A stretch of 64,000 nucleotides of DNA from Candidatus Eiseniibacteriota bacterium (GCA_963703225.1 OY969801.1:2880001-2944000), one strand, 5' to 3'. Positions 28,540 through 50,347 are shown, counted from the stretch's first letter. Notes: generated by a model from the sequence alone, not told the origin. Numbers and translations: made by a program.

Positions 28540-29214
28540 TTACGCGTTCCGGGCGTGCGGTGCGGGCGGCGCTTCGCCCGTTTCCCGCTTCGCCAGGATC
28601 TCGCCCTTGAAGATCCAGACCTTGACGCCCACCGTCCCGTAGATCGTCCGGGCCGTGGAGCGCGCGAAATCGATGTCGGCGCGCAGCGTGTGGAGCGGAA
28701 CGCGTCCGTCGCGGTAGCTCTCGGTGCGCGCCATCTCGGCGCCCCCGAGGCGGCCCGAGCAGACGATGCGAACCCCTCCGGCGCCCGCCCGCATGGTCGA
28801 GGCGATCGCCTTCTTCATGGCTCGCCGGAACGAAACGCGCTGCTCCAGCTGCCGGGCGACGTGCTCGCCGACCAAGGTGGCGTCGGTATCGGGCTTCTTC
28901 ACCTCGTCGATATTGAGAAAGATCTCTTTCTTCGTGATGTGCTGAAGCTCGTCGCGGAGCTGGTCCACCTGCTGGCCCCGCCGGCCAATCACCAGGCCCG
29001 GCCGCGCCGTCGAGATGTTGATGGTGACCTTGGAGACAGCCCGCTGGATCACGATGCGGGAGATGCCCGCCTGGGAGAGGCGCTTCTTCAGGTATTTGCG
29101 AATGAAGATGTCCTCTTCCAGGAGCTTGGCGTAGTCCTTCCGCGCGAACCAGCGGGAGTCCCACGTGCTGATGATGCCCAGGCGCATCCCGATCGGATTG
29201 GTTTTCTGACCCAC
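28540..29214 (-). CDS. rpsC: 30S ribosomal protein S3
   Basis: [22 protein letters not shown]. Confidence 0.98.
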   Translation of the reverse strand: MGQKTNPIGMRLGIISTWDSRWFARKDYAKLLEEDIFIRKYLKKRLSQAGISRIVIQRAVSKVTINISTARPGLVIGRRGQQVDQLRDELQHITKKEIFLNIDEVKKPDTDATLVGEHVARQLEQRVSFRRAMKKAIASTMRAGAGGVRIVCSGRLGGAEMARTESYRDGRVPLHTLRADIDFARSTARTIYGTVGVKVWIFKGEILAKRETGEAPPAPHARNA

Positions 29215-29741
29215 TACTTCGCCTCCTTCGACTTCTTGGGGGCAGCCTTCTTCGGCGCTGCCTTCTTGGGTGCTTCCTTCTTCGCGGCGGGCTTCTTGGC
29301 CGCGGGAGCCGGCGGCTCCGGAGCTTTCGCTGCTTGCGGGGCCTTGGGGGCGGCCTTCGGGGCGAACCGGCGCGCCCGACGCGTCGGCGCCGCCTCTTCC
29401 TCGGAAACCTCTCCCTCGACCACGATCGTGATGTGGCAGGTCCGCTTCAAGATCGGCGTCGCGCGGCCCTGCGCGCGCGGGAGAAACCGCTTCATCGTCG
29501 GTCCCGCGCCGGCCACGGCCGACTTCACCCGAAGCTCCTCCACGTTGATCTTTCCCTCAATCGCGACGGCGTTCGCCACCGCCGACTTCAGCACCTTGCC
29601 GATCACCTTGGCGACGTGCTTGGGCGTGAAGTCGAGGATCTCGGTTACCAGGTCGACCCGCTTCCCGCGGATCAGCTGAAGCACCTGATCCGCCTTCCGC
29701 GGTGTCACCCGTATGTATCGTGCGATCGCTTTCGCTTCCAT
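29214..29741 (-). CDS. rplV: 50S ribosomal protein L22 with KKAAP-repeat tail
   Basis: [15 protein letters not shown]. Confidence 0.97.
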   Translation of the reverse strand: MEAKAIARYIRVTPRKADQVLQLIRGKRVDLVTEILDFTPKHVAKVIGKVLKSAVANAVAIEGKINVEELRVKSAVAGAGPTMKRFLPRAQGRATPILKRTCHITIVVEGEVSEEEAAPTRRARRFAPKAAPKAPQAAKAPEPPAPAAKKPAAKKEAPKKAAPKKAAPKKSKEAK

Positions 29742-29758
29742 TTCGTCTCCTGGCCGGG

Positions 29759-30076
29759 CTACTTCGGAGGCCCTGCCCCTGGAGGCGCGGCCGCGGCGGC
29801 CGCCGCCTGCTTCTCGACGTGGGACCCGTGCCCGCGGAAGATCCGCGTCGGGGCGAACTCGCCCAGCTTGTGTCCCACCATGTTCTCGGTGATGTAGACC
29901 GGGATGAACTTGTTCCCGTTGTGAACCGCCAGCGTGTGCCCCACGAACTCGGGCGAAATCGTCGACCGACGCGCCCAGGTCTTGAGGACGCGGCGCTCGT
30001 TCACGCGGTTCATCGCTTCCAGCCGCTTCAACAGCTTCTGCACCACGTACGGGCCCTTCTTGACTGAACGGCTCAT
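29759..30076 (-). CDS. rpsS: 30S ribosomal protein S19
   Basis: [22 protein letters not shown]. Confidence 0.98.
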   Translation of the reverse strand: MSRSVKKGPYVVQKLLKRLEAMNRVNERRVLKTWARRSTISPEFVGHTLAVHNGNKFIPVYITENMVGHKLGEFAPTRIFRGHGSHVEKQAAAAAAAPPGAGPPK

Positions 30077-30093
30077 GAAGTCAGATCGCTCCT

Positions 30094-30921
30094 CTAGGTC
30101 TGCTTCCGCCGCCGGACGATCAGGCGGTCGGAGAGCTTCCGCTTCCGGGTCTTCTTGCCCTTGGCCAGGAGGCCCCACGGGGAGCAGGGGTGCCGCCCGC
30201 CGGAGGACTTTCCTTCACCGCCGCCCATCGGGTGGTCGACTGGATTCATCGCCACGCCCCGAACGCTGGGCCGGCGGCCCATCCAGCGCGATTTCCCCGC
30301 CTTGCCAATCACGATGTTCTGGTGCTCCTCGTTTCCGACCATGCCGATGGAGCAGGCGCAGACGACGGGCACCTTGCGCATCTCGCCGGAGGGGAGCCGA
30401 AGCTGTGCGTAGTCGCCCTCGCGCGCCATCACCTGGCAGAAGGTGCCGGCGCTCCGGCTCAGCTGCCCTCCCTTTCCGGGGATCAGCTCCACGTTGTAGA
30501 CGAACGTGCCGAGCGGAACGATGCCGAGCGGCATCGCGTTGCCCGGCTTGACCTCCGCGTCCGCTCCCGAGGTCACCGTGTCGCCCACGCGGAGCTGCTG
30601 CGGGGCGATGATGTAGCGCTTCTCGCCGTCCACATAGTGGAGCAGCGCGATTCGGGCGCTCCGGTTCGGGTCGTACTCGATGTGAGCGACCTTGGCCGGA
30701 ATCCCCTTCTTGTCGCGCTTGAAGTCGATGATCCGGTACTGCTTGACGTGGCCGCCGCCGCGGAGCCAGGCCGACGTGTGGCCCCGGTTGTCGCGCCCGC
30801 CCGTCTTCTTCAGCTTTTCAGTCAAACGCGGCTCGGGCCTCGACCGGGTGATCTCGTCGAACGTCGCGACCGTCCGGAAGCGCTGGGCCGGCGTCAGTGG
30901 TCTGAATTTGCGTAGCGGCAT
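30094..30921 (-). CDS. rplB: 50S ribosomal protein L2
   Basis: [29 protein letters not shown]. Confidence 0.99.
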   Translation of the reverse strand: MPLRKFRPLTPAQRFRTVATFDEITRSRPEPRLTEKLKKTGGRDNRGHTSAWLRGGGHVKQYRIIDFKRDKKGIPAKVAHIEYDPNRSARIALLHYVDGEKRYIIAPQQLRVGDTVTSGADAEVKPGNAMPLGIVPLGTFVYNVELIPGKGGQLSRSAGTFCQVMAREGDYAQLRLPSGEMRKVPVVCACSIGMVGNEEHQNIVIGKAGKSRWMGRRPSVRGVAMNPVDHPMGGGEGKSSGGRHPCSPWGLLAKGKKTRKRKLSDRLIVRRRKQT

Positions 30922-30924
30922 GGG

Positions 30925-31218
30925 CTATACCTGCTCGAAGAGGTCGATCGTCTGGCCCTTCTTCAGGGTGACCACCGCCTTCTTCCAATCGGGTCGATGT
31001 CCCGCGTACCGGCCCATCCGCTTGGGCTTGCCGTGCACGCGCAGCGTCCGAACCGAATCGACCTTCACGGGGAAGATCGCTTCGATCGCCTGCTTGATCT
31101 CGATCTTGTTGGCGTCGCGCGCCACCTCGAACAGGTACCCATTCTCGCGCTCGCGAATCCGGGTGCCCTTCTCGGTGATCATGGCGCGGCGCACGATGGT
31201 GCGCGGTTCGCGGCTCAT
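30925..31218 (-). CDS. rplW: 50S ribosomal protein L23
   Basis: ITEKG, ANKIEIKQAIE, WKKAVVTL. Confidence 0.97.
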   Translation of the reverse strand: MSREPRTIVRRAMITEKGTRIRERENGYLFEVARDANKIEIKQAIEAIFPVKVDSVRTLRVHGKPKRMGRYAGHRPDWKKAVVTLKKGQTIDLFEQV

Positions 31219-31844
31219 GCGCTCAGCCTCTCCGTCAAGCTCTTGAGGCCCCCCTCGGTCAACACGAGGCAGTCGCACTTCATGAGCTCATAGGTGTTGA
31301 GTGTGTTGCTCTCGGTCGTCTCCACCTTGGCGATGTTTCGAGACGACTTGACCATCGCCTCGCCGGTCCGGTCGAAAACCCAGAGGATCTTCTTCCCATC
31401 GAGGCCGACCTTCTTCAAGAGCTCGGCGACCGGCTTGGTCTTGGGCGCGCTGAGAGACGGCGGCTCCACGATGAGCACGTTTCCGTCCCGCGCCCGGACT
31501 GAAAGGGCTCCCAAGAGCGCTGTCCGCCGCGCCTTTTGGTTCATGCGCGTCGTGTAGTCGCGCGGCTTCGGCCCAAAGGCCACGCCACCGCCGGGCCAGA
31601 GGGGCGACGTGTTGGAGCCCGCGCGGGCGCGCCCCGTCCCCTTCTGCTTCCACGGCTTTCGACCGCCGCCGCTCACCGCCGCCTTGTTCTTGGAGGCCGC
31701 GTTCCCCTGGCGCTGATTCCCCAGGTAGCTCTTCACCGACTCCCAGATCAGGTGCTCGTTGACCGGTGCCTCGAAAAGGGCGGCGGGAAGCTCGACCGTG
31801 CCGAGCTGCTTGCCGTCGCTTCCGAATTTCTTTGCCTTGGCCAT
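31215..31844 (-). CDS. rplD: 50S ribosomal protein L4
   Basis: KPWKQKGTGRARAGS, GGGVAFGPKPRDY. Confidence 0.98.
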   Translation of the reverse strand: MAKAKKFGSDGKQLGTVELPAALFEAPVNEHLIWESVKSYLGNQRQGNAASKNKAAVSGGGRKPWKQKGTGRARAGSNTSPLWPGGGVAFGPKPRDYTTRMNQKARRTALLGALSVRARDGNVLIVEPPSLSAPKTKPVAELLKKVGLDGKKILWVFDRTGEAMVKSSRNIAKVETTESNTLNTYELMKCDCLVLTEGGLKSLTERLSA

Positions 31845-31849
31845 GGCGG

Positions 31850-32470
31850 CTACCCGTTCTTCCTGATGAGGACCGTGGCGTTGGGATGACCCGGGACCGA
31901 GCCCCGAAGCCAGATCAGGTGCTGATCCGCGTCGACCCCGATCACGTCCAGATTCTTGACCGTGACGCGGGCCCCGCCCATCCGTCCCGGGAGGCGCTTC
32001 CCCTTGATGACGCGGCTCGGATACGCGCTCGCGCCAATCGAGCCGGGCTGCTTGTGCGTGGTGCACCCGTGGGTCTCGCGCCCCGCCTTGAAGTGATGGC
32101 GGCGCACGACGCCCGCGAACCCACGCCCCTTCGATGTGCCCACCACGTCGACCTTCCCGCCCACCTCGAAGAGGGAGACGGTCAGCTCCTGGCCCACCTG
32201 GTACGGGGCCGGATCCTCGACGCGGATCTCGCGGAGCATCCGCACGCCCGTCGCGTTGTGCTTCTTCAAGTGTCCCTGGAGCGGCTTCCCGATCAGCGTT
32301 TCGCGGCGCTTGCCAAAGCCGATCTGGAGCGCGGCGTAACCGTCCCGCTCCGCCGTCTTCACCTGCACGACCGGACAGGGTCCCGCCGCCAGCACGGTGA
32401 CCGGAATGACGCGCCCGCTCTCGTCGTAGAGCTGGGTCATTCCCACTTTTTTTGCGAGCAAGGCGATCAT
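31850..32470 (-). CDS. rplC: 50S ribosomal protein L3
   Basis: KKVGMTQ, SKGRGFAG, PGSIG. Confidence 0.98.
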   Translation of the reverse strand: MIALLAKKVGMTQLYDESGRVIPVTVLAAGPCPVVQVKTAERDGYAALQIGFGKRRETLIGKPLQGHLKKHNATGVRMLREIRVEDPAPYQVGQELTVSLFEVGGKVDVVGTSKGRGFAGVVRRHHFKAGRETHGCTTHKQPGSIGASAYPSRVIKGKRLPGRMGGARVTVKNLDVIGVDADQHLIWLRGSVPGHPNATVLIRKNG

Positions 32471-32483
32471 GATCGTTTCCCGG

Positions 32484-32803
32484 TTAGAGCTTGATCTCGA
32501 TGTCGACGCCCGCGGGCAGATCGAGCTTCATCAGCGCGTCGATCGTCTGCGGTGTCGACTTGACGATGTCGATGAGACGCTTGTGCACCCGGACCTCGAA
32601 CTGCTCCCGGGACTTCTTGTCCACGTGCGGCGAGCGGAGCACGGTGTAGACGGACCGCTGCGTGGGAAGCGGAATGGGGCCCGCCGTCCGCGCGCCGGTT
32701 CTCTTGGCCGTGCGGACGATCTCGCCCGCCGACTGGTCGAGGACCGCGTGGTCGTACGACCGAAGGCGGATGCGGATTCGCTGTCCCGGAGCGGTACCAG
32801 CCA

Positions 32804-32807
<4 letters not shown>
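32484..32807 (-). CDS. rpsJ: 30S ribosomal protein S10
   Basis: [30 protein letters not shown]. Confidence 0.98.
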
Positions 32808-34000
<1,193 letters not shown>

Positions 34001-34018
34001 CCCTCGTTCCCCTCCGTC

Positions 34019-34041
34019 CGCTCCGGCCCAATGCCGGAGCG
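34019..34041 (-). other. stable hairpin in the fusA-tuf spacer
   Basis: cgctccggc-ccaat-gccggagcg, 9-bp perfect stem, no U tract. Confidence 0.5.
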
Positions 34042-34048
34042 CGCGGGT

Positions 34049-36130
34049 TCAGACTCCCTTTACCTTCGCGATGATCGTTTCCGCCATCGCCGTTGGCATC
34101 TCTTCGTACCGCGAGAACTGCATCGAATAGACCGCCCGCCCCTGTGTGATCGAGCGGAGCCGGGTCGAATAGCCGAACATTTCCGAAAGCGGGACCGACG
34201 CGGCGACCACGCGCGCGTCCGACCGCTGGAACATCCCGCCGATCCTTCCGCGGCGGGAGCTCAAATCGCCGATGACGTCGCCCATGTACTCCTCGGGCAC
34301 GACCACTTCGACGTCCATGATCGGCTCCAACAGCTTGGGCGTCGCCCTGGCGGCGGCTTCCTTGAACGCCATGGAGCCCGCGATCTTGAACGCCATCTCC
34401 GACGAGTCGACCTCGTGGAACTGGCCGTCGAGCAACGAGACCTTGACGTCCACCACCGGGTAACCCGCCATGATGCCGTTTTCCATCGCTTCGATGATCC
34501 CCTTCTCCACCGAGGGGATGTACTCCTTGGGGATCGCGCCGCCACGGATCTCGTTCTCCCAGACAAAACCGCCACCAGGCGGCATCGGCTCGAGCGAAAT
34601 CGTGACGTCCGCGAACTGGCCGCGGCCGCCCGTCTGGCGCGCGAAGCGGGTGCGCTGCTCGATCTTCTTGCTGATCGTCTCCTTGTAGGCCACCTGGGGC
34701 TTGCCGATGTTGGCCGACACGGAAAACTCGCGAACCATCCGGTCGACGAGAATTTCGAGGTGCAGCTCGCCCATCCCGGAGATCAGCGTCTGTCCCGAGT
34801 CCTCGTCCGTCTTGACCCGGAACGTGGGATCCTCGTCCTGGAGCTTGTTGAGCGCGTTCCCCATCTTCTCTTCGTCTGCCCGGGTCTTCGGCTCGATGGC
34901 GACCTGGATCACCGGCTCGGGGAAGTGCATCGCCTCGAGGACGATCGGGTGATCCTTGGCGCAGAGGGTGTCGCCGGTGTGGACGTTCTTCAGCCCCACC
35001 GCCGCGGCGATCTCGCCGCAGAAGACTTCCTCGCGCTCCTCGCGCTTGTTCGCGTGCATCTCGACGACCCGGCCCAGGCGCTCGCCCTTCTCCTTGTTCG
35101 CGTTGTAAATGTGCTGCCCGGGCTGAATCTTCCCGGAGTAGACGCGGAAGAAAGTGAGCTTCCCGACGTACGGGTCGGTCATGATCTTGAACGCGAGCGC
35201 GGCGAACGGCTCGTCATCCGATGCCTTTCGCTCCTCGGGCTCCATCGTGTCCGGGTTCATCCCCTTGACCGGCGGCATGTCCGCGGGAGCGGGGAGGTAG
35301 GCCACGACCGCATCGAGCAGCTTTTGGATTCCCTTGTTCTTGAATGCCGTGCCGCCCAGAACCGGGACGATCTTCCCCGCCAGCGTGCCCTTGCGAATCG
35401 CGCGGCGGATCATCTCACTGCTCGGATTCTTGCCTTCGAGGTAGACATGGAGCAGCTCGTCGTCGTGCTCCGCGACCGCCTCGAGCATGTGGTGCCGTTG
35501 CTCGGCGGCCGCCGCGGCCAAATCCCGAGGGATATCGCCCTCGACGTACGTGGCGCCCAAGTCGTCGCTTTCGTACGTGATCGTCTTCATTTCGATCAAG
35601 TCCACCATCCCTGTGTAGACGTCGCCGAGGTGGGTCGGCATCTGGAGCGGCACCGCGATCGCACCCAGGCGCGTCTTCATCATGCCCACGACGAAATTGA
35701 AATCCGCGCCGACGCGATCCAGTTTGTTGACGAACGCGATTCGCGGAACGCTGTACTTGTCGGCCTGCCGCCAGACCGTCTCGGACTGCGGCTCCACGCC
35801 GCCCACGCCGCAGAACACGGCGACGGCGCCGTCGAGCACGCGCAACGAACGTTCCACCTCGACCGTGAAGTCGACGTGGCCGGGCGTATCGATGATGTTG
35901 ACCTGATGATCTTTCCAGAAGCAGGTGGTGGCGGCCGAGGTGATGGTGATCCCCCGCTCCCGCTCCTGCTCCATCCAGTCCATGGTGGCAGCGCCGTCAT
36001 GGACCTCCCCCATCCGATGCACCTTCCCCGTGTAATAGAGGATGCGCTCCGTCAGGGTCGTCTTGCCGGCATCGATGTGGGCCATGATGCCAATGTTGCG
36101 CATATGAGAAAGATCAAACTGCCTCGGCAC
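34049..36130 (-). CDS. fusA: elongation factor G
   Basis: [24 protein letters not shown]. Confidence 0.99.
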   Translation of the reverse strand: MPRQFDLSHMRNIGIMAHIDAGKTTLTERILYYTGKVHRMGEVHDGAATMDWMEQERERGITITSAATTCFWKDHQVNIIDTPGHVDFTVEVERSLRVLDGAVAVFCGVGGVEPQSETVWRQADKYSVPRIAFVNKLDRVGADFNFVVGMMKTRLGAIAVPLQMPTHLGDVYTGMVDLIEMKTITYESDDLGATYVEGDIPRDLAAAAAEQRHHMLEAVAEHDDELLHVYLEGKNPSSEMIRRAIRKGTLAGKIVPVLGGTAFKNKGIQKLLDAVVAYLPAPADMPPVKGMNPDTMEPEERKASDDEPFAALAFKIMTDPYVGKLTFFRVYSGKIQPGQHIYNANKEKGERLGRVVEMHANKREEREEVFCGEIAAAVGLKNVHTGDTLCAKDHPIVLEAMHFPEPVIQVAIEPKTRADEEKMGNALNKLQDEDPTFRVKTDEDSGQTLISGMGELHLEILVDRMVREFSVSANIGKPQVAYKETISKKIEQRTRFARQTGGRGQFADVTISLEPMPPGGGFVWENEIRGGAIPKEYIPSVEKGIIEAMENGIMAGYPVVDVKVSLLDGQFHEVDSSEMAFKIAGSMAFKEAAARATPKLLEPIMDVEVVVPEEYMGDVIGDLSSRRGRIGGMFQRSDARVVAASVPLSEMFGYSTRLRSITQGRAVYSMQFSRYEEMPTAMAETIIAKVKGV

Positions 36131-36152
36131 TTCGAAACCTTCCTTGACCGCC

Positions 36153-36623
36153 TTACCAGCGATAGTGGGCGAACGCCTTGTTAGCCTCCGCCATCTTGTG
36201 GGTGTCTTCCCGCTTCTTTACCGCTCCGCCTTCGTTCTTGGAGGCCGCGATGACCTCGGCTGCGAGCCGTTCGGCCATCGTGTGATCGGGCCGGCTGCGG
36301 GAGTACTGAATGAGCCACCGCAGCGCGAGCGCCGTCCGGCGGTCCTGACGAACTTCGACGGGAACCTGATACGTGGCGCCGCCGACGCGGCGGGACTTCA
36401 CCTCGAGGACCGGCTTCACGTTGGTCATGGCCGCCTTCAGCGTCGTCAGGCCGTCCTGGCCGATCTTCTTCTCGATGATGTCCATCGCGCCGTAGAAGAT
36501 GCGCTCCGCCGTGCTCTTCTTGCCCTGGATCATCAGACAGTTGACGAAACGGGTGACGAGCACGTTGTTGTACCGCGCATCCGGCTGGAGCTCGACTCGA
36601 TGAATTTTCGCGGCGCGACGCAT
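36153..36623 (-). CDS. rpsG: 30S ribosomal protein S7
   Basis: [25 protein letters not shown]. Confidence 0.99.
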   Translation of the reverse strand: MRRAAKIHRVELQPDARYNNVLVTRFVNCLMIQGKKSTAERIFYGAMDIIEKKIGQDGLTTLKAAMTNVKPVLEVKSRRVGGATYQVPVEVRQDRRTALALRWLIQYSRSRPDHTMAERLAAEVIAASKNEGGAVKKREDTHKMAEANKAFAHYRW

Positions 36624-36626
36624 TGG

Positions 36627-37004
36627 TTACTGGGCCTTCTTCCTCTTGGTTCCGTACTTGGAGCGGCTCTGCTGGCGACCGTCGACACCGGAAGCGTCCA
36701 GCGTTCCGCGGATCACGTGATAACGCACGCCGGGGAGATCCTTTACGCGGCCTCCTCGGATCAAGACGATCGAGTGCTCTTGGAGGTTGTGCCCCTCCCC
36801 CGGGATGTAGCAGGTGACCTCCATCCCGTTCGTGAGGCGGACGCGGGCAACCTTGCGGAGCGCCGAGTTCGGCTTCTTCGGCGTAGATGTATAGACGCGC
36901 GTACAGACGCCGCGTTTCTGCGGCGCCGACTTCAAGGCCGGCGAGGCTGTCTTCGAAAGCTGCCTCCTGCGGCCCTGCCGCACGAGTTGGTTCAGCGTCG
37001 GCAC
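36627..37004 (-). CDS. rpsL: 30S ribosomal protein S12
   Basis: [21 protein letters not shown]. Confidence 0.99.
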   Translation of the reverse strand: MPTLNQLVRQGRRRQLSKTASPALKSAPQKRGVCTRVYTSTPKKPNSALRKVARVRLTNGMEVTCYIPGEGHNLQEHSIVLIRGGRVKDLPGVRYHVIRGTLDASGVDGRQQSRSKYGTKRKKAQ

Positions 37005-37072
37005 CTAAGTTTCTCCATGATAAGCGGTTTCGGGCGCAAAGAATCGGATCCTAGAGAGATTTGCCCCGTCGG

Positions 37073-41215
<4,143 letters not shown>

Positions 41216-41234
41216 CGTCGAATGCCTCCTCGGC

Positions 41235-45101
<3,867 letters not shown>

Positions 45102-45152
45102 GTCGTTCGCACCCTTTCGGTAGGGCCCAGTGCTCAGCCTGCCTGCCGCGGA

Positions 45153-45542
45153 CTAGCGGATCTCGACGGTGGCCCCGTTCTCTTCCAGCTTCTGCTTGAT
45201 GGTCTGGGACTCTTCCTTGGAGACCTTCTCCTTCACGGGCTTCGGCGCGCCGTCGACCAGATCCTTGGCCTCCTTCAAGCCGAGACCGGTGACCTCACGG
45301 ACCACCTTGATGACCTGGATCTTCTTCTCGCCCGCCGCCATGAGGACGACGTCGAACTCGGTCTTCTCCTCCACCGCCACCGCCGTGCTACCGCCGCCCA
45401 TGCCCGGCATGGCCGCCATCATCGGCATGGCCGCCGTGACCCCGAAGTGGTCCTCGAGTTTCTTCACGAGGCCCGAAACCTCGAGCATCGTCATGCCTTC
45501 GAGAATGCTGATGATCTGCTGGTCCTTGGTCGCTGCTTCCAC
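45153..45542 (-). CDS. rplL: 50S ribosomal protein L7/L12
   Basis: [19 protein letters not shown]. Confidence 0.98.
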   Translation of the reverse strand: MEAATKDQQIISILEGMTMLEVSGLVKKLEDHFGVTAAMPMMAAMPGMGGGSTAVAVEEKTEFDVVLMAAGEKKIQVIKVVREVTGLGLKEAKDLVDGAPKPVKEKVSKEESQTIKQKLEENGATVEIR

Positions 45543-45597
45543 GATTCAATCCTCCTCAGTTGCCCCGGGCGGCGCCGCGGGGGTTGTCCGCGGTGGC

Positions 45598-46113
45598 CTA
45601 CCCCTGTTTCCTTTTGCCTATGGCGTCGATCACTCCCACCATTTGCCGGAGCGAGCTCGAGAGCACGCCGACAACGCCCTGCATGGGGGAGCGTAGACCG
45701 CCGATGAACTGGCCCAGCAGCACCTCGCGGGGCGGGAGCTGCGCCAGCTTCTTGACTCCATCCGGCCCGTAGACGTGGCCGGCGACGTACGCCGCCTTGA
45801 TGGCCGGCTTCTCAAACTCCTTGGCGAACTCGGAGAGGATCTTGGCCGCGCTCACCTCATCGGCGCCGAACGCGATGCCGGTCGGCCCCTCCAGGTACGA
45901 ATCCAGCGAGGGGATCCCTTGCTCCTTGAACGCCAGCTTGGTGAGTGTGTTCTTGGCGACGCGGTACTCCACCTTCGCGGCGCGGAGCTTGCGGCGCATC
46001 TTGGACACCAGATCCACGCTCATGCCCTGAAAGTCGGTCAGGTAGATCGACTTGGAGCGGGCGATGGTTTCCGCCAATGAGCGGACGGTCTGTTCTTTCT
46101 CTGCGGTCGCCAT
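45598..46113 (-). CDS. rplJ: 50S ribosomal protein L10
   Basis: VAKNTL, GPTGIAF, LPPREVLL. Confidence 0.97.
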   Translation of the reverse strand: MATAEKEQTVRSLAETIARSKSIYLTDFQGMSVDLVSKMRRKLRAAKVEYRVAKNTLTKLAFKEQGIPSLDSYLEGPTGIAFGADEVSAAKILSEFAKEFEKPAIKAAYVAGHVYGPDGVKKLAQLPPREVLLGQFIGGLRSPMQGVVGVLSSSLRQMVGVIDAIGKRKQG

Positions 46114-46157
46114 GGGAAGTCTCTTCTCCGTATCTCCGTTCGCTTGGGAGTCTGGCG

Positions 46158-46862
46158 CTACGACTTAAGACCCACCTGCACCGCCGCCGGATCCAGCCGC
46201 ACCGGCGGACCCATCGTCGAGCTCAGGGTCATGCTCCGCACGTACTGCCCCTTGGACGCCGAGGGCTTCTGCCGCATCACTTCGCGGAGGAAGGTCTCGA
46301 CGTTCGCCACGAGCTGATCCTTGCCGAACGACGCCTTGCCGACCGGCGCGTGGAGGTTCCCGGCCTTGTCGACCCGGTATTCGATCTTCCCGGACTTGAC
46401 CTCGCGGACGGCCTTGGCGACGTCCATCGTCACCGTGCCGCTTCGCGGATTCGGCATCAGCCCGCGGGGGCCGAGCAGGCGGCCCAGCTTGCCCACCTCG
46501 CCCATCATGTCGGGGGTGGCGATGATGCTGTCCACGTCCAGCCAGCCCTCGTTGAGCTTCTTGATGAACTCGTCCGATCCGGCGTAGTCAGCGCCCGCCT
46601 CGCGCGCCTCGCGTTCCTTCTCTCCCTTGGTCAGCACCAGCACGCGAATCTTCTTGCCGGTGCCGTGGGGGAGCACGACGGTGCCGCGAACCTGCTGCTC
46701 GGCGTGCCGCGGATCGACGCCGAGCCGCATGGCAACCTCGATCGTCTCGTCAAACTTGGCGGTCGCGGACTGCTTCAGGCGGTCGACCGCGTCGGCCAAG
46801 TCGGTCAGTTTTTCCATGCCGGTGACCCCAGCTCCCTTGCGATATCGCTTTCCGGTCTTCAT
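46158..46862 (-). CDS. rplA: 50S ribosomal protein L1
   Basis: [23 protein letters not shown]. Confidence 0.98.
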   Translation of the reverse strand: MKTGKRYRKGAGVTGMEKLTDLADAVDRLKQSATAKFDETIEVAMRLGVDPRHAEQQVRGTVVLPHGTGKKIRVLVLTKGEKEREAREAGADYAGSDEFIKKLNEGWLDVDSIIATPDMMGEVGKLGRLLGPRGLMPNPRSGTVTMDVAKAVREVKSGKIEYRVDKAGNLHAPVGKASFGKDQLVANVETFLREVMRQKPSASKGQYVRSMTLSSTMGPPVRLDPAAVQVGLKS

Positions 46863-46873
46863 CGGGGGCCCCC

Positions 46874-47305
46874 CTACCCGACCACGTCGATTCCCATGCT
46901 CCTCGCGGTGCCCGCCACCATGCGGATGGCGGCCTCGAGGTCATGAGAATTGAGGTCCGGCTTCTTGAGCTCGGCGATCTCGCGAACCTGGGCGGCGGTC
47001 ACTTGTGCCACCTTGGTCCGGTTCGGCTCGCCCGATCCCTTGGCGATCCCCGCGGCGCGCTTCAAGAGCACCGCGGCGGGCGGGGTCTTGGTGATGAAGG
47101 TGAACGAGCGGTCGTTGAAAACCGTGATCACCACCGGAATGATCAGGCCCGGCTGTCCCTGCGTCCTGGCGTTGAACGCCTTGCAGAACTCCATGATGTT
47201 GACGCCGTGCTGTCCCAACGCCGGCCCGATCGGGGGCGCGGGGGTCGCGTTGCCGGCGGGCACTTGGAGCTTGACGATCGCCTGTACCGGTTTCGACTTC
47301 GCCAT
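46874..47305 (-). CDS. rplK: 50S ribosomal protein L11
   Basis: [23 protein letters not shown]. Confidence 0.98.
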   Translation of the reverse strand: MAKSKPVQAIVKLQVPAGNATPAPPIGPALGQHGVNIMEFCKAFNARTQGQPGLIIPVVITVFNDRSFTFITKTPPAAVLLKRAAGIAKGSGEPNRTKVAQVTAAQVREIAELKKPDLNSHDLEAAIRMVAGTARSMGIDVVG

Positions 47306-47389
47306 TCGGACTTCCTCTCCTTCTCGCGGGGTCTCCCCCGCTCCCACGACGCGTGGTGGCGCGCGGCGGTTCCCGCCGCTTCCGATCCG

Positions 47390-47935
47390 CTAGACCGGCT
47401 GTACTTGCAAAAAATCGAGCTCGACGGGCGTCGCGCGCCCGAAAATCGACACCATGACCTTCACCTTCTGCCGCTCCGGGTTCACCTCGTCGACGACGCC
47501 GGTGAAATCGGTGAACGGTCCGTCGACCACCTTGACGTGCTCGCCGGACTTGAAGGGGACCTCGGCCGAACCCCGCAAACGGCCGCCGGTTTCCATGTGG
47601 CCCAGGATCCGCTTCACCTCCGCCTCACGGAGGGGAATCGGGTCCTGGCCCGAGCCGACGAACCGGGTCACGCCGGGCACGTTCTGCACCACGAGCCTCG
47701 TGTCCTGATTCAGGTCCATCTCGACCAGCACGTAGGAGGGGAACGTCTTCCGCTTCGACGTGATGCGCTTGCCGTCCTTCATCTCGGCGAATTCCTCGGT
47801 TGCGACGAGGATTTGGCCGAACTGAGGCTCCAAGCCGGCGGCGTGGATGGCGCGCTCCAGATTCGTCTTCACCTTGTTCTCGTGACCCGAATAGGTGTGG
47901 ATCACGTACCACTGCATGGACCGCCCTTCCGCCAT
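47390..47935 (-). CDS. nusG: transcription termination/antitermination factor NusG
   Basis: WYVIHTYSGHE, KOW VVDGPF, IFGRATPVEL. Confidence 0.98.
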   Translation of the reverse strand: MAEGRSMQWYVIHTYSGHENKVKTNLERAIHAAGLEPQFGQILVATEEFAEMKDGKRITSKRKTFPSYVLVEMDLNQDTRLVVQNVPGVTRFVGSGQDPIPLREAEVKRILGHMETGGRLRGSAEVPFKSGEHVKVVDGPFTDFTGVVDEVNPERQKVKVMVSIFGRATPVELDFLQVQPV

Positions 47936-47946
47936 CGCTTCCCCCA

Positions 47947-48192
47947 TTAGCCCACCAGGCGCACCAGCGCCTCGAATGCGTACGACAGCAAGCGGTCCAC
48001 GGCGCCGATGAACACCGCCATCAGAAAGACCATGACGATGACGACGAGGGTGGACTCGCGCAGCTCCGCGCGGGTCGGCCAGCTCACCTTCGTCATCTCC
48101 ACCCGTACGTCCCTGATGTAGCCGGTGACGCTCTGCATGAGGCCCGGTTTCGGCTCGGGCTTTTCGTTCGTCGTCTCGGTTTCTGCGCGCAC
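47947..48192 (-). CDS. secE: preprotein translocase SecE
   Basis: EMTKVSWPTRAEL plus one TM helix; start uncertain. Confidence 0.93.
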   Translation of the reverse strand: MRAETETTNEKPEPKPGLMQSVTGYIRDVRVEMTKVSWPTRAELRESTLVVIVMVFLMAVFIGAVDRLLSYAFEALVRLVG

Positions 48193-48222
48193 GGTTCCGC
48201 CTTTTCCGGTACTTGCCATTCG

Positions 48223-48300
48223 TGGCAGGCCAGGAGGGATTCGAACCCCCGACACCCGGTTTTGGAGACCGGTGCTCTAACCGGACTGAGCTACTGGCCT
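48223..48300 (-). tRNA. tRNA-Trp (CCA)
   Basis: AGGCCAG...CTCCAAA...TTCGAAT...CTGGCCTGCCA. Confidence 0.97.
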
Positions 48301-48322
48301 ACCCGGTCCCGGCCCGGCGTTG

Positions 48323-48472
48323 TTACCGGGTTTCTTTGTGCAGCGTGTGCTTCCGGCAGCGCGGGCAGAACTTCTTCCACTCCACGCGGTCCGGGTGCTT
48401 CCGCTTGTTCTTGGTGTTGGTGTAGTTCCGCTCTTTGCAGTCGTTGCAGGCGAGCGTGATGAGGTCGCGCAT
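48323..48472 (-). CDS. rpmG: 50S ribosomal protein L33 (Zn-binding)
   Basis: Manually translated [17 protein letters not shown]...[17 protein letters not shown]. Confidence 0.97.
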   Translation of the reverse strand: MRDLITLACNDCKERNYTNTKNKRKHPDRVEWKKFCPRCRKHTLHKETR

Positions 48473-48490
48473 GCTGGTTCGCCCGTTCCC

Positions 48491-49687
<1,197 letters not shown>

Positions 49688-49794
49688 GAGACCGGTTCCT
49701 CCCTGTACAAAATCTTCTATGGGTCACAGGACCACGAGGGGCGAGATCACGACTTCGGTGACGACTCGAACTCGACCTTTCGCGTTGCGGACAA

Positions 49795-49870
49795 TGGAGC
49801 CCACGAGCGGAATCGAACCGCTGACCTTTTGCTTACCATGCAAATGCTCTACCGACTGAGCTACGTGGGC
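49795..49870 (-). tRNA. tRNA-Thr (GGT)
   Basis: GCCCACG...ATGGTAA...CGTGGGCTCCA. Confidence 0.96.
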
Positions 49871-50027
49871 GGTGATGCGGCGCGCGGAAATCCCGAAACG
49901 CGGTCGAGGGCCGACCCACTGCGCTCTCGAGCCGACCCCGCTCGGCGCCAACGTTTGCTGCAAGGCAAAATTCCCCGACCGGCCTTCCTCCTCCCTCGAA
50001 AAAGGCCGTCGGCAGTGCGAACGTGAA

Positions 50028-50056
50028 AAGGTACGACCGCGTGAAACCGTGGTCAA
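50028..50056 (-). promoter_or_regulatory. candidate sigma70 promoter for tRNA-Thr(GGT)-tuf
   Basis: TTGACC-N17-TACCTT. Confidence 0.6.
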
Positions 50057-50271
50057 TAGGAAATTTGCGCCGGAGGCCACTTGAGGGAATCCGGCCCCCG
50101 CTGGGGAGTCCCTGGGTGTTTAGACGCGGGGAGTCCTGCGCAGACTCTGCGGCGAGGGTCGCCGACCGTCATATTGGCGGCGACCCGCCTGTGGAAACTG
50201 GGGCAAGTCATTTAACTATTATTGATTACGGCTGTTGATCGATGTGGAAAAGTAGTCCGCCGAGAAGAAAC

Positions 50272-50347
50272 TGGAGCGGGAAACGGGATTCGAACCCGCG
50301 ACCCTCAGCTTGGAAGGCTGACGCTCTAGCCACTGAGCTATTCCCGC
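50272..50347 (-). tRNA. tRNA-Gly (TCC)
   Basis: GCGGGAA...CTTCCAA...TTCCCGCTCCA. Confidence 0.97.
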
